A DNA stretch of 42,932 nt from a virus (lineage: Duplodnaviria > Caudoviricetes): IMG/VR virus record IMGVR_UViG_3300033076_001065, positions 1 through 42,932 of that record; one strand, written 5' to 3'. Of the stretch, positions 1 through 9,093 are shown one piece after another (within the stretch, counting starts at the first letter, position 1; the number at the start of each line of letters is the position of its first letter). The notes below the pieces were generated by a model. The model ran no database searches. It saw only the letters and a list, made by a program, of their open reading frames with translations, and was not told where the DNA came from. Made by a program: the position numbers and the translations under genes.

Positions 1-2
1 GG

Positions 3-245
3 CACCAGTGCTTCGTCGCACCATGCAACGCATGCGGGAAGGACTGCGAGCTTCACACGCTGAAGCCGCGCGCCATCTACGTGGGCGACCCGACCGCGCC
101 CGATGACCTCGGCATCTGCAAGGGCTGCCCGTGCTCCAACGGCATGTGCGACTCGTGCGGCGAGACCGAGGGCCACTGGCTCGGGTGTCCGCTCGTAGGC
201 CTCCCCGAGATGCCGCCGGAGCCGACGGTCAGGACCGTCCAGTGA
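3..245 (+). CDS. Cys-rich small protein (5' partial), paralogue of 38381..38656
   Basis: Frame HQCFVAPCNACGKDCELHTLKPRAIYVGDPTAPDDLGICKGCPCSNGMCDSCGETEGHWLGCPLVGLPEMPPEPTVRTVQ*; about 90% nt identity to the second copy. Confidence 0.8.
   Translation, partial: HQCFVAPCNACGKDCELHTLKPRAIYVGDPTAPDDLGICKGCPCSNGMCDSCGETEGHWLGCPLVGLPEMPPEPTVRTVQ
11..245 (+). repeat. Dispersed direct repeat, copy 1 (copy 2 at 38422..38656)
   Basis: Manual gapless alignment: 23 mismatches in 235 nt, mostly synonymous. Confidence 0.95.
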
Positions 246-424
246 ACGTACCGAGTCTCGCCCCCGGTGCCCGATGGGTCCGCGCGGAGCGGGACTACTG
301 GTGCACGCATCTGCGGCACCGGCACGAGCCGCACCAAGCCGTTCTTTGGACTCTACGAAGAGAACTCGCTCTTCAAGTTGCTGAAGAAGGACGCAGACTT
401 CGGGATCGCCGGGTAGCAGCAAAG

Positions 425-519
425 CCGAAGCTCCCCGGGGGTCTCGATCCCCATAGCCACCCGAAGGCGGTCGTACGCGCTCTCGCGCCCGGTAACCCAT
501 CCGGTTCGGGGAGCCTCGG
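425..519 (-). ncRNA. tRNA-like structured RNA lacking an anticodon loop (8/4 acceptor/T-stem)
   Basis: Minus strand reads GCTCCCCG-aa-CCGG atgggtta CCGG-GCGC gaga GCGC-gtacga-CCGCC ttcg GGTGG-ctat-GGGG atcgaga CCCC-CGGGGAGC; the closing stem extends to 13 bp. Confidence 0.7.
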
Positions 520-603
520 TGGACGTGGTCGGAATCGAACCAACCCGGGAACCAAGCCGACCGGGTTACAGCCGGCCCCGCATCCATAGCGGTCTACACG
601 TCC
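520..603 (-). tRNA. tRNA-Tyr (GTA), class II, atypical D-arm linker, CCA not encoded
   Basis: Acceptor GGACGTG/CACGTCC plus A73, anticodon arm GCCGG-CTGTAAC-CCGGT, long variable arm, T arm GTTGG-TTCGATT-CCGAC. Confidence 0.85.
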
Positions 604-626
604 TCACGCGCGCGAAGCGCTTCCTC

Positions 627-655
627 AGAATATGTCTGCGGCGATCCGGCGTCAA
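627..655 (-). promoter_or_regulatory. sigma70-like promoter for the tRNA locus
   Basis: TTGACG-17 nt-TATTCT, ending 23 nt upstream of the tRNA 5' end. Confidence 0.75.
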
Positions 656-681
656 CGGACCGCCGGCTTGCTCTTTCACAT

Positions 682-788
682 GCTACGTTTCCACCACGAC
701 GAGCGTAGGCGCCGTAGCGCTCCGAAGTGGTGGGCGCAGCCCGGGGAGGACACCCCATCAATGCCCTGTTGCCACGGAGGGCTCCCCG
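682..788. other. Intergenic tandem stem-loops downstream of the endolysin
   Basis: Pairings 682-687/735-740, 691-697/727-733, 701-705/718-722 and 742-748/782-788. Confidence 0.45.
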
Positions 789-794
789 CGGCGT

Positions 795-1553
795 TCAATC
801 CGCCTCGTCGTCGTCCTCGATCGCGATGGGGCGCGGGTTCTCGTCGGTGAAATGCCGGAACGGCACCTTGTCGACGTGGATGGTCGGCTCGCTCGCCGGA
901 TTCGGCACCTCCGTGAGCGTCGTCTGCTCCGTGATGTCCAGCTCCGTGTCCCAGTTCAGGTAGTCCGGGTCGAGCTTGAAGTCCCGCACGCGCGCTGCGT
1001 TGCGGTACAACCGCTTGTTGCGGATGTTCCTCGGCACGATGCCCGGGTTCCCCGTCTCGTTGATGTGGCATTCCTTCGCCGCTGCGGCCCAGTCCTGCGC
1101 GTTCAGGACCGCCGCGAGCATCGGGAACTGGAACGCCGGTCCGCACGCCCAGGCCATGCTGAGCGTCGCGAGCTGCGCGCACGCGGGCCACTCGTCCCAT
1201 TCCAGGAAGCGGCGGCGGAGGTGGTCGACGTTCTGCTGCAGCTTGCGCGAGACGACGAGCTGCACGCCCTCGTCATCGAGCCGGAGTTGCGCGATGCGCT
1301 CGGCCGCACGGTGCCCCGCCGTGGCGAGTCCCGGGTGCCCCTTCACGCGAAGCCAGTCCGCCGCGATTTCGTCCCGCGTCGCGTACTCGCCATCGGGCCG
1401 CTTCATTGGGAGCGGGAGGGCGTACTGAATCGGGTCCACGAGGTTGCCGATGGCGATGGTCACCAGGCCCTTGATGTCCTGGTAGAACCAGCGGACCACG
1501 CCTTCCATCGGCCCAGTGAAGGCCACGAAACTATCGCGGACGACGTCTCTCAT
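795..1553 (-). CDS. Endolysin, phage lysozyme (GH24-like)
   Basis: E-x8-D-x5-T motif EGVVRWFYQDIKGLVTIAIG; ATG at 1553 overlaps upstream stop; located in the lysis cassette. Confidence 0.85.
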   Translation of the reverse strand: MRDVVRDSFVAFTGPMEGVVRWFYQDIKGLVTIAIGNLVDPIQYALPLPMKRPDGEYATRDEIAADWLRVKGHPGLATAGHRAAERIAQLRLDDEGVQLVVSRKLQQNVDHLRRRFLEWDEWPACAQLATLSMAWACGPAFQFPMLAAVLNAQDWAAAAKECHINETGNPGIVPRNIRNKRLYRNAARVRDFKLDPDYLNWDTELDITEQTTLTEVPNPASEPTIHVDKVPFRHFTDENPRPIAIEDDDEAD

Positions 1554-1735
1554 CCCTCCAGCTCCTCCCGGGCTTGCTGCCGCTTCACGCTGCGCATCAG
1601 CTCCAGCGCGGCGGCGATCTGCTCCCCCGTCATGTCCATGTTCGCTTCGTCGGCCGAGGCCGCGGCGTCCCAGAACTTCTCGAGCGCCGGCAGAATCGCG
1701 ACGATGCGGCCGAGCCACTTCAGGACTTCGATCAT
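1550..1735 (-). CDS. Small lysis-cassette protein (61 aa)
   Basis: MIEVLKWLGRIVAILPALEKFW...; ATGA-coupled on both sides. Confidence 0.65.
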   Translation of the reverse strand: MIEVLKWLGRIVAILPALEKFWDAAASADEANMDMTGEQIAAALELMRSVKRQQAREELEG

Positions 1736-2046
1736 CGCGGCACCTCGCACTGGCGCCACTGGACGCGCGACGACATCGGGAGTTTGGCGCACGTCTTCTG
1801 CGTCGCCACGTCCTCGCACTTCAGATACGCGTCCCAGCGCTGCGGTCGCGGGAGCTTCTTCGCCTCCTCGCGGCACAGGTCGAGCTCGGCCCCGTACGGG
1901 AGCGTCCACTCGGCGATCTCCACCGCGTTCAGGACGCGTGGCGGGGCCGCGCAGCCGGTCGAGTGCATGCACATCGTGACGCCCATCGCGACGGCGAGCA
2001 GCACGAGCACGGCGCACACGGCGTCACGGATGGCGGTGCCGTTCAT
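1732..2046 (-). CDS. Putative lipoprotein (spanin candidate)
   Basis: Hydrophobic N-terminal helix followed by STGC lipobox-like Cys; lies in the lysis cassette. Confidence 0.55.
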   Translation of the reverse strand: MNGTAIRDAVCAVLVLLAVAMGVTMCMHSTGCAAPPRVLNAVEIAEWTLPYGAELDLCREEAKKLPRPQRWDAYLKCEDVATQKTCAKLPMSSRVQWRQCEVPR

Positions 2047-2528
2047 TTGAGCCCCTTGCTGGCGAGCCACGTCGTGGCCGCGGTTCCGAGGACAGCGAGA
2101 ATCAGCTTGATGTGCGGGTTCGAGGCGACCTTGTCGAGGCGGGTCAGGATCGCGAGCTGCACCTCGTTCGAGGCGCTCAGGTCGACGACCTTCGCCTTGA
2201 CCGACGCAAGCTCTGCGGCCACCGCCTCCCTCGCCGCCCGCTCCTGGGCGAGCTGGGCGTCCTGCTCCGAGTCGTGGCTGGAGAGCTGCCGCACGCCGTT
2301 GCTCGTGCGTGTGCGTGACTCCTCCAACACACCCACACGCTGCTCGACGAGGCCGACGCGATCCTTCACGATCGTGACGTCGTTCGACACGAGCTGGATG
2401 TCCGCGCCCAGGGTGCGAAACCCGGCGTCCTGCGCTTCACGGAGCTGCTTGAGCATCTCCATGACGGGGTCGACGCGCGGGATCTCCTTCGTCGTGGGCT
2501 GATTCTCCGGGGGCTTCTCGTCGCTCAT
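2043..2528 (-). CDS. Coiled-coil protein with C-terminal TM helix (holin/XhlA-like candidate)
   Basis: MSDEKPPENQ...; heptad-rich body; C-terminal IKLILAVLGTAATTWLASK; GGAG RBS. Confidence 0.65.
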   Translation of the reverse strand: MSDEKPPENQPTTKEIPRVDPVMEMLKQLREAQDAGFRTLGADIQLVSNDVTIVKDRVGLVEQRVGVLEESRTRTSNGVRQLSSHDSEQDAQLAQERAAREAVAAELASVKAKVVDLSASNEVQLAILTRLDKVASNPHIKLILAVLGTAATTWLASKGLK

Positions 2529-2536
2529 GATGCTCC

Positions 2537-4294
2537 TCAGATTGCGTTGGCGCATACGCAGCGCCATCGCTGCGTCGTGGCGTCGTAGAAGAAGATCGCG
2601 ATGGCGTTCGTGGCAAACGCGACATCGGCGCCCGTCACGAACAGCAGCCGATTGGCCGCCGTCGATGTCGCGTCGTTGACGAGCGTTGTCACGCCGCCGG
2701 CGTTGATGATGATGAGCATCTCGCCGTCCTCGACGCCCGACGCGCTCACGCCTGTGATGCTCGGGGGCGTTGCGTTCGTGAGGCGGATGATGCGCGCGCC
2801 GCCGTGGGCGATGTTGTCGCCTCCGGTCGTGCCGCTGATGGTGAACACGCCGGAGAGGCGGAACGTGTTCGCCTCGACGCGCCCGCCGTCGATCTGCGGC
2901 GTCGTGAGGGTCGGAGACGTGGCGAACACTAGCGCCCCGCCCGTGCCCGTCTCGTCGGTGCACGCGCTCTTGATGTTCGCCGACGAGAACGTCCCGAGCA
3001 TCGTCGCGACGCCGGAGCCCAGCGCCGTGAGCCCGGTGCCGCCCTTGGAGTCCGGAAGCGCGGTCGTCAGAGCAGACGCGAGATTCGCCCCGCTCGGTGT
3101 CGCGAGCCACGTCGATACGCCCGTGCCCGGGGTGAGCGAGCCGAAGGACCCCGCGTTGTTCGTCTGGATGTCGCCCGACGAGCCCGCGGGGGTCGCTGAG
3201 ACCGTGGCCCATTCGGTGTCCGTCGCGCCCGCGTTGGTGCGTAGTACCTGGAGAGCCGAGCCGAGCGCCGTCTGATTCGTGCCGCCCTTCGACACCGGCA
3301 GCGCGGACGTGAGCGCGCTCGCGAGATTCGCGCCGCTGGGGGTCGTGAGGAACGTCTCGACGCCCGTTCCGAGCGCGAAGGTGGACCACGTGCCCGCGGC
3401 AATCTTCGGGACGCCCGTTGATGCGCTCGTGTCGATGCCCGTGCCTCCCTTCGCGGCGGTGAGTGCCGACGACAGCGCTGAGGCGAGGTTGGCTCCCGAT
3501 GGGGTGCCAAGCCATGTCGCCACGCCGCTGCCGAGCGAGGTCAGCCCGGTGCCGCCTTTGCTCGCCGGGAGCGCCGTCGTGAGGGCAGAGGCGAGGTTGG
3601 CGCCTGACGGCGTGCCGATCCACGTCTCCACCGCCGAGTCGAGCGTGACGGCGCTGGTCGACCCCGCGGCAATCTTGACGAGGCCCGAGTACGCGGAGAC
3701 GTCCGCCTCGAGCCCGCCGCGCTCGTGCACCAGCGTGCCGCTCGCGATGACGCTGGCCGCGAACGACGGCGCCGCGCTCGTCCAATCGGTGCCATCGCTC
3801 ACGCACAGGTTGCCCGACGTGCCGGGGGACAGGCCCGCGAACGAACCTCCGTCGTTGACCTGCAGGTCATGGTCGGAGCCGCCAGGGGTCCCGCCGCCAC
3901 CTCCGCTGTCGACGTAGACGCGATGCGTGAGCACGCCGAATGCGACATGCGCGCTTCCGTCCGTCTCGCAGTAGCCCACCACCTCGTCGCTGCTGCTCGG
4001 GGTCGCCACGCGTTCGAGCGCGCCCGCACTCGAGACTCGGATCGGCCCGGCGACACCAGAGCCGAGACCCGTCACGGTGGCCGGCACGGGGCCGACGACG
4101 ATCATGGTCACCGGGTTGCGCTGGTCGCCCGTTGTGAACGAGATGCCGTCAGGCCTGCCGTAGGTCGTGCGGTTTGCGGACGTCGCCACCACGTACCCGG
4201 CCGTGCCGCTCGACACGAGGCACTGTCCGATGGCAATGGACCCGGCAGCGCTGGAGATGGGCGCCGAGTAATTGACGGCAACGAGCGCGGTCAC
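2537..4294 (-). CDS. Tail fibre / receptor-binding protein
   Basis: 585 aa, G/S/T/A-rich, with four TPSGANLASAL...KGGT repeats and a DETGTGGALVFATSPTLTTP fibre-type motif. Confidence 0.75.
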   Translation of the reverse strand: MTALVAVNYSAPISSAAGSIAIGQCLVSSGTAGYVVATSANRTTYGRPDGISFTTGDQRNPVTMIVVGPVPATVTGLGSGVAGPIRVSSAGALERVATPSSSDEVVGYCETDGSAHVAFGVLTHRVYVDSGGGGGTPGGSDHDLQVNDGGSFAGLSPGTSGNLCVSDGTDWTSAAPSFAASVIASGTLVHERGGLEADVSAYSGLVKIAAGSTSAVTLDSAVETWIGTPSGANLASALTTALPASKGGTGLTSLGSGVATWLGTPSGANLASALSSALTAAKGGTGIDTSASTGVPKIAAGTWSTFALGTGVETFLTTPSGANLASALTSALPVSKGGTNQTALGSALQVLRTNAGATDTEWATVSATPAGSSGDIQTNNAGSFGSLTPGTGVSTWLATPSGANLASALTTALPDSKGGTGLTALGSGVATMLGTFSSANIKSACTDETGTGGALVFATSPTLTTPQIDGGRVEANTFRLSGVFTISGTTGGDNIAHGGARIIRLTNATPPSITGVSASGVEDGEMLIIINAGGVTTLVNDATSTAANRLLFVTGADVAFATNAIAIFFYDATTQRWRCVCANAI

Positions 4295-4297
4295 GCC

Positions 4298-4708
4298 TTA
4301 CTCCGAATCGCTCGCGGCCCACACGCGAAGGATGCCGCTCGTCGAGGCCGCCTTCACGATGAGGAACTTGTCGAGTGAGCGGTTGATGCGGAACTTGACC
4401 GGCGACTCTCCCGCCTCGAGCACCGCGCAATGCGTCGCCACGAACGCGGCATCGGCCGACCCTGCGGAGGTGGCCGCCGTGTCGTCGAGCGCGTTGTCGG
4501 TGGCGCTGTGGAAGTAGAAGAAGACGTCGTTCGTCTGCGCCTGCATCCACAGGTAGACCTCGGCGCGCTTCGCAAGGGACGCCTCGGGGGTGTACCCGCC
4601 GAGGGCGATCTTGCTGATGTTGTACGCCCTTGCGGTCGAGTCGACCGTGATGGCCAGGACGGCGCCCTTACGCGGCGGATCGCATTCCTCGAAACCGTAC
4701 GTGCCCAT
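4298..4708 (-). CDS. Hypothetical virion-module protein
   Basis: 136 aa, GGAGG RBS, in the operon. Confidence 0.7.
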   Translation of the reverse strand: MGTYGFEECDPPRKGAVLAITVDSTARAYNISKIALGGYTPEASLAKRAEVYLWMQAQTNDVFFYFHSATDNALDDTAATSAGSADAAFVATHCAVLEAGESPVKFRINRSLDKFLIVKAASTSGILRVWAASDSE

Positions 4709-4723
4709 GAGGGCCTCCCAGCG

Positions 4724-7471
4724 TCACCGCGATTCGACGCGGTCGAACGAGCTTGGCTGGGTCTTCGTCGGTAGAGGCCGCGAGGGGCCCTGGGGCTTGT
4801 CTGGCGTGGTGCCCTCGGGCACCTGCACGCACGATTGTAGCAGCTGCATGTGCTCTGGCCGCTGCGAAGGCACGGCGGGAAAGTCGAGCAGGGCCCCGAG
4901 CTTTTCGCGCTGGCCGTAGGGCGGGGCGACGCCCTTGGAGATCATGTCCGCCATCTCGACGGCGACCTGCGTTTGCAGGGCCTGGAAGAGGCCGCCCGGC
5001 ATCGCCTTGAGCGTCTCGACGCCTTCGTAGGTGAGCTTCCCGCGGGAGGCTTCCTCGAACACGCGTTCGGGCTTCTCCCAGTACCACATGTACTGCGCGA
5101 GGGTGTGCGCCTCGGCATCGGAGAGACGTGGGGCCTTGTGCGGGTCGAACGGGTCGACGTCCGGCTTTACCGGCACCTTCGACGCGAGGAAGGCAAGGCC
5201 GGAGGTGAAGCGTTGCGCGAAGGCGCCCGCGAGCTGCGGCGTGGTGGAGCTCATCGCCTCGGTGTTTCGCGCGACCTTGTCGGCGAAGGCCTCGGGGTTC
5301 GCCTGCCACTCGGCGATCTGCTTCATGGCCGCTTCCCCGCGCTGGCGAGCGGTGCCGACGGGCTTCTCCGGCGCCTTGAGCGCCTTCGGTGCCGCGAGGA
5401 CGCCCTTGGCCGCCTTGCCGATGGCCGCGTCGATCGATTGCACCATCTTGGTGAGCGCGCCGCTGTCGGCCATGCGGTGGACGAGGACGGCCGCCGCCGC
5501 GTTGCCTCGCTCGCGGATGACCTTGTGCCCCGCAGTTGTGAGAGCGCCGGTGATGCCGCCGCCCGCGCCCGCGATCATATCGCGTAGCCCGAACGTGCCC
5601 GCCTTCGACATCCGCGCGGCGGAGTCCTCGGCCGCTTCGGCGGCGATGCTCAAGGCGAGGAAGTCTTTTTTCAGGCCCTTGTATTCGCCAAGGAGCGCGC
5701 CTGGCACGTCGCCGCTCGCGTCGTCGAGCGACTTGGCGATGAGTCCCTCGAGCTCCGTCCGGAACTCGCGCAACGAGGCCACGCGGCCCTTGGGGTCGAG
5801 CGTCTTGGCTTCCTGGTAGACGAGCTGGTCGAGCGCCTTGCGCTGCTCGAGCACATCTTGGATCGGCGCTAGGAGCTTGAGCCCCTTCACCTCGGACCTG
5901 GGCAGAAGCGGATCGGCCAGCCCGAGCTTGTCGTAGAGGCTTGCTCGGTACTGCTCGACGGCGTTGGCGACCGGCTCGAAACCCGCTTTCTTGCGGAGCG
6001 GTCCGAGGATGCGCTCGAACGCGTCGTCAATGTCGCCCACGGGCACGCGCGCGGGGTTCGCCTCGGTGATCGCGCCGAGTCGCTGCCCTACCGATTCGCG
6101 CGCCGCCTCGATCTTCGGGAGCATGTGCTCCGGCGTGCCGGAGCGCATCGCGTCGATCAGGCCGTCCTCAGCGTTGATGACGCCCTTCCGCATGAGGACT
6201 TCGCCCACGTCGCGCGTGCCGTTCGGAAGGTACTTGGCCGCGCGCTTTGCGTACGCGGTCGACTGTAGGCCCTGACCAGCGCCGATCGCCTTCCATGCCT
6301 GATCGAACGCCCAGCCCTTTTGCTCTGCCGGGTTCGCGGCCTTCGCTACGGCCTTCTCGAACGCGGTCGCCTCCTGCGCGGCGCTCGTGCTCGTGACCTC
6401 GGCGATGCCCTTCGCGCTTGCCACAGCGTCCTCTGCCGCCCGCGCGACGCCTTCCTTCGCCGCCGCGTGGGCCTGCGCTCCGGTGCGGGCAATCTCCATC
6501 TGCGCGTTGTCGAGCGTCGTCTGGAGCGCGGTCTGCGCCTCGGTCGCGGTCGCCTCGGCCCTTGCGGTCGCGTCCGCAACGACGGCTTCGCCCTTGCGCA
6601 TCGCACGCGAGATCGCATTGCTCACGCCGCCCACGGCCTTGCGTGCGCCGGACGCTGCGAGCGAGCCACCGAAGCCGAGCACGCCACCGCCTACGCCACC
6701 GCCCAGGGCGCCCATGCCGACCGCCGCGAAGAGCTTGTCGGCGTTGAGCTCGTGGTCGCCCATGTTCGCTTCGCTGTACTGCTGCGCGCCCGCGTAGAGC
6801 GCACCCTCGACGGCTCCGCGCGCGGCGAGCTCGGTGCCGGTCGACAGCGCGCGCGCCACGACGCTGCGCTCCGCGGTCTGCGCGAGGCGACCCGCGACGG
6901 CGCGCTCGACCGCCCCGCCGACCTGGGAGATGGCGGTGCCCGGGATGAGCCCGCCGGCCTTGCCGAGCCCCGCCTTGGGGCCGCCAGCAATGGCGCTGCC
7001 GACGAAGCCTGCGCCGACGCCGGCCGTGTGGTACTCGGGCTTCGCCTCGACGGCGCGCTGAGCGGTCTGGCCGTACTCGTGTGCGGCTTGGTCCCCGCCG
7101 ACGGCGCCGATGGCCTCTTTCATGCCGACCGACGCCAGCCCGCCGGTCATGCCCTCCGAGACGCCCTGGGTATACGACTCAAGCTCTGGCGGCAGCTGCG
7201 AGCCCTGGGCGCGTAGCGCGAGGTGCGCGGGATAGCCGATGGGGCCGGCCATCGTGGCGACGGTGGCGATCTTGCGCGCCGTCGACTGCTTCGCGTAGTC
7301 CGCCTCGGCCTGCGCCTCGGAGACCTCTTGCTTGCGCGCGACGCGCCCGCCCATGGCGTAGAGCTCGCCGACGCGGTCCTTGGGAACCGTGATCTTGTTG
7401 CCGAGGCGGTCGTACGCCTTCACTTCGCCGTTGGGGGCGAGCGGCAGATCTTTCGGGATCTCGTCGCTCAC
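4724..7471 (-). CDS. Large helical internal virion (ejection) protein
   Basis: About 915 aa, Ala/Gly-rich with hydrophobic Gly-rich stretches; third of three large ORFs after the nozzle; GTGA-coupled start. Confidence 0.7.
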   Translation of the reverse strand: MSDEIPKDLPLAPNGEVKAYDRLGNKITVPKDRVGELYAMGGRVARKQEVSEAQAEADYAKQSTARKIATVATMAGPIGYPAHLALRAQGSQLPPELESYTQGVSEGMTGGLASVGMKEAIGAVGGDQAAHEYGQTAQRAVEAKPEYHTAGVGAGFVGSAIAGGPKAGLGKAGGLIPGTAISQVGGAVERAVAGRLAQTAERSVVARALSTGTELAARGAVEGALYAGAQQYSEANMGDHELNADKLFAAVGMGALGGGVGGGVLGFGGSLAASGARKAVGGVSNAISRAMRKGEAVVADATARAEATATEAQTALQTTLDNAQMEIARTGAQAHAAAKEGVARAAEDAVASAKGIAEVTSTSAAQEATAFEKAVAKAANPAEQKGWAFDQAWKAIGAGQGLQSTAYAKRAAKYLPNGTRDVGEVLMRKGVINAEDGLIDAMRSGTPEHMLPKIEAARESVGQRLGAITEANPARVPVGDIDDAFERILGPLRKKAGFEPVANAVEQYRASLYDKLGLADPLLPRSEVKGLKLLAPIQDVLEQRKALDQLVYQEAKTLDPKGRVASLREFRTELEGLIAKSLDDASGDVPGALLGEYKGLKKDFLALSIAAEAAEDSAARMSKAGTFGLRDMIAGAGGGITGALTTAGHKVIRERGNAAAAVLVHRMADSGALTKMVQSIDAAIGKAAKGVLAAPKALKAPEKPVGTARQRGEAAMKQIAEWQANPEAFADKVARNTEAMSSTTPQLAGAFAQRFTSGLAFLASKVPVKPDVDPFDPHKAPRLSDAEAHTLAQYMWYWEKPERVFEEASRGKLTYEGVETLKAMPGGLFQALQTQVAVEMADMISKGVAPPYGQREKLGALLDFPAVPSQRPEHMQLLQSCVQVPEGTTPDKPQGPSRPLPTKTQPSSFDRVESR

Positions 7472-9093
7472 CAACCCGCCTTGCTGCCCTTGGGGGCCGC
7501 TGCGGGCTGACCTTCGGCGGCTTGCCGGCGCCTGTCGAACTCCTGCTGTGCCTCGGGCGACGCGCCAGACTTCGCGTTTTTCTCAAGGTCCGACAGCGTG
7601 CCGAGGACGGCCTCGATCGAGCGCTTGCGCGCCTTCGGGTCTCCCGTCGAGCCGTACGACTTCGCGGAGCGGACCTCCTCGGAGGCGGTGACGTTGCCGT
7701 ACGTCGCCTTCATCGCGGCGGCCATGAAGTCGTTGTAGGCCTGCTCGCGCGCGTTCGCGTCGTCGCTCAGGACGGCCTTGGAGATGGTGTCTCCGAGGCC
7801 CCAGCGGACGGCCGCTTCCAGCTTGCCACCCTCGCTCACGTTGAGCGCCTTGAGCGCGCGTTCGGCCGAGGCGCGCGCCTGCGGTACGCCCGCGGTCTGG
7901 AGCTGCTGCGAGATGTGACGAGCGCCCTCGTCGGCCTTCTCTGCGGCCTTGCCCTGGTTCTTGAGGATGTCGCCCGCGGTCGTGCGGTCGATCTTGTTGA
8001 TGTCGTGCTGCTGGCCTCGGAAGTCCTTTGCGACCTCTTGCGCCTGGCGCTCGTTGTACTCGATGCCGTTCTCGTCGACGAACTTGCGGCCCACCTGCGC
8101 CTGCGCGGCCGGGGTGAACGCCACGCCCTTGGCGATCTGCATCATCTTCTCGTCTTCCAGCGCAGCGTGGAGCAGCTGCGCATGGTTCTGCGCCTCGGTG
8201 CTCTTCCACAGCGCCGCTTGCTGCGCGACGACCGCTTGCGAGGCGTCCGCGAGCGCGGCCCTCGTCGCCGCGCGCGCCGCGTCGACGTTGTTGTACTTGG
8301 CCATCGCCATCGAGAAGGCCGTGTTTTTCGCCTGCATCGTGTCGCGCGTGAGCTGGAAGGCCATCTCCTGCGCGCGCGCCTCGCGCTCGTTCCACATCTT
8401 GATGACGTCGAGCCCGACGTTGCCCGGCCGGCCGGTCCTGCCGGCGACGAACCCCGCGAGCCCCGCGGAGATGAGCGCGGCGACCTTGGAGCCCACGTTC
8501 GGCTCGGAGTAGAAGTTCTTCGGATCTGCCGCCTGCTTCGACATCGCCTTGACGGACATGTCGAAATCGGCCTGACGCTGCTCCATCTCGGCCTGGCGCT
8601 CCGCGGCGCTGTACTGCGCGGCGTCGGCCCGGATGTTCGCCTGACGCTCTTGCTCGAGTGCGATGGCGTAGTCACCCGCGGCGGTCTTCTGCGAGCGCTC
8701 CGCGACCGCGTCGACGGCAGCGGCCGCGGCCTCGTTGCGCGTCTCCTGCGCGCGGTGGAGAGACGGCCCGCGCAGGTCGGTCTCGTGCGCGGGGATGTTC
8801 ACGACGCCGCCTTGGGACGTCATCCGGAGCGGGAACGGGGCGCGCGAGGCCGGTTCGGGCGGGGGTGCGACGGGCGCCGCGGGGCGCGGTGGACCCTGGG
8901 GGGCCGGTTCGCTCATGTCGACGGTCGGCACGTTGATCACGGGCGTGGCCGCGAACTGCGGGCTTCCGGGGACCGTGACCGGGGGCATGGGCGGCGGGGG
9001 GCCGGGCGAGCGCGCGGCAGATGCCGTGCCTGGCGTTCGGAGCCAGGACGGATCGATGCCCTGCGCGATGGCTTCCAGGTACGGGTCGGCCAT
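7468..9093 (-). CDS. Internal virion (ejection) protein
   Basis: 541 aa, Pro-rich N-terminus, coiled-coil, one hydrophobic helix; synteny. Confidence 0.7.
   Translation of the reverse strand: MADPYLEAIAQGIDPSWLRTPGTASAARSPGPPPPMPPVTVPGSPQFAATPVINVPTVDMSEPAPQGPPRPAAPVAPPPEPASRAPFPLRMTSQGGVVNIPAHETDLRGPSLHRAQETRNEAAAAAVDAVAERSQKTAAGDYAIALEQERQANIRADAAQYSAAERQAEMEQRQADFDMSVKAMSKQAADPKNFYSEPNVGSKVAALISAGLAGFVAGRTGRPGNVGLDVIKMWNEREARAQEMAFQLTRDTMQAKNTAFSMAMAKYNNVDAARAATRAALADASQAVVAQQAALWKSTEAQNHAQLLHAALEDEKMMQIAKGVAFTPAAQAQVGRKFVDENGIEYNERQAQEVAKDFRGQQHDINKIDRTTAGDILKNQGKAAEKADEGARHISQQLQTAGVPQARASAERALKALNVSEGGKLEAAVRWGLGDTISKAVLSDDANAREQAYNDFMAAAMKATYGNVTASEEVRSAKSYGSTGDPKARKRSIEAVLGTLSDLEKNAKSGASPEAQQEFDRRRQAAEGQPAAAPKGSKAGW

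Noticed and set aside
11-245. Repeat pair with 38422..38656 as a diversity-generating retroelement TR/VR
   Set aside because: Mismatches are mostly synonymous third positions and not adenine-specific; no reverse transcriptase is present.
242-420. Gene between the Cys-rich ORF and the RNA locus
   Set aside because: Two frames are partly plausible (one runs into the RNA genes, the other lacks a clear start), so it cannot be called; possibly a remnant.
425-519. HDV-like (theta) ribozyme after the tRNA
   Set aside because: I could not build the P1/P2/P3/P1.1 nested pseudoknot; a cloverleaf fits with near-perfect stems.
682-788. Hammerhead ribozyme
   Set aside because: GAAAC is present but there is no CUGANGA core in the right context.
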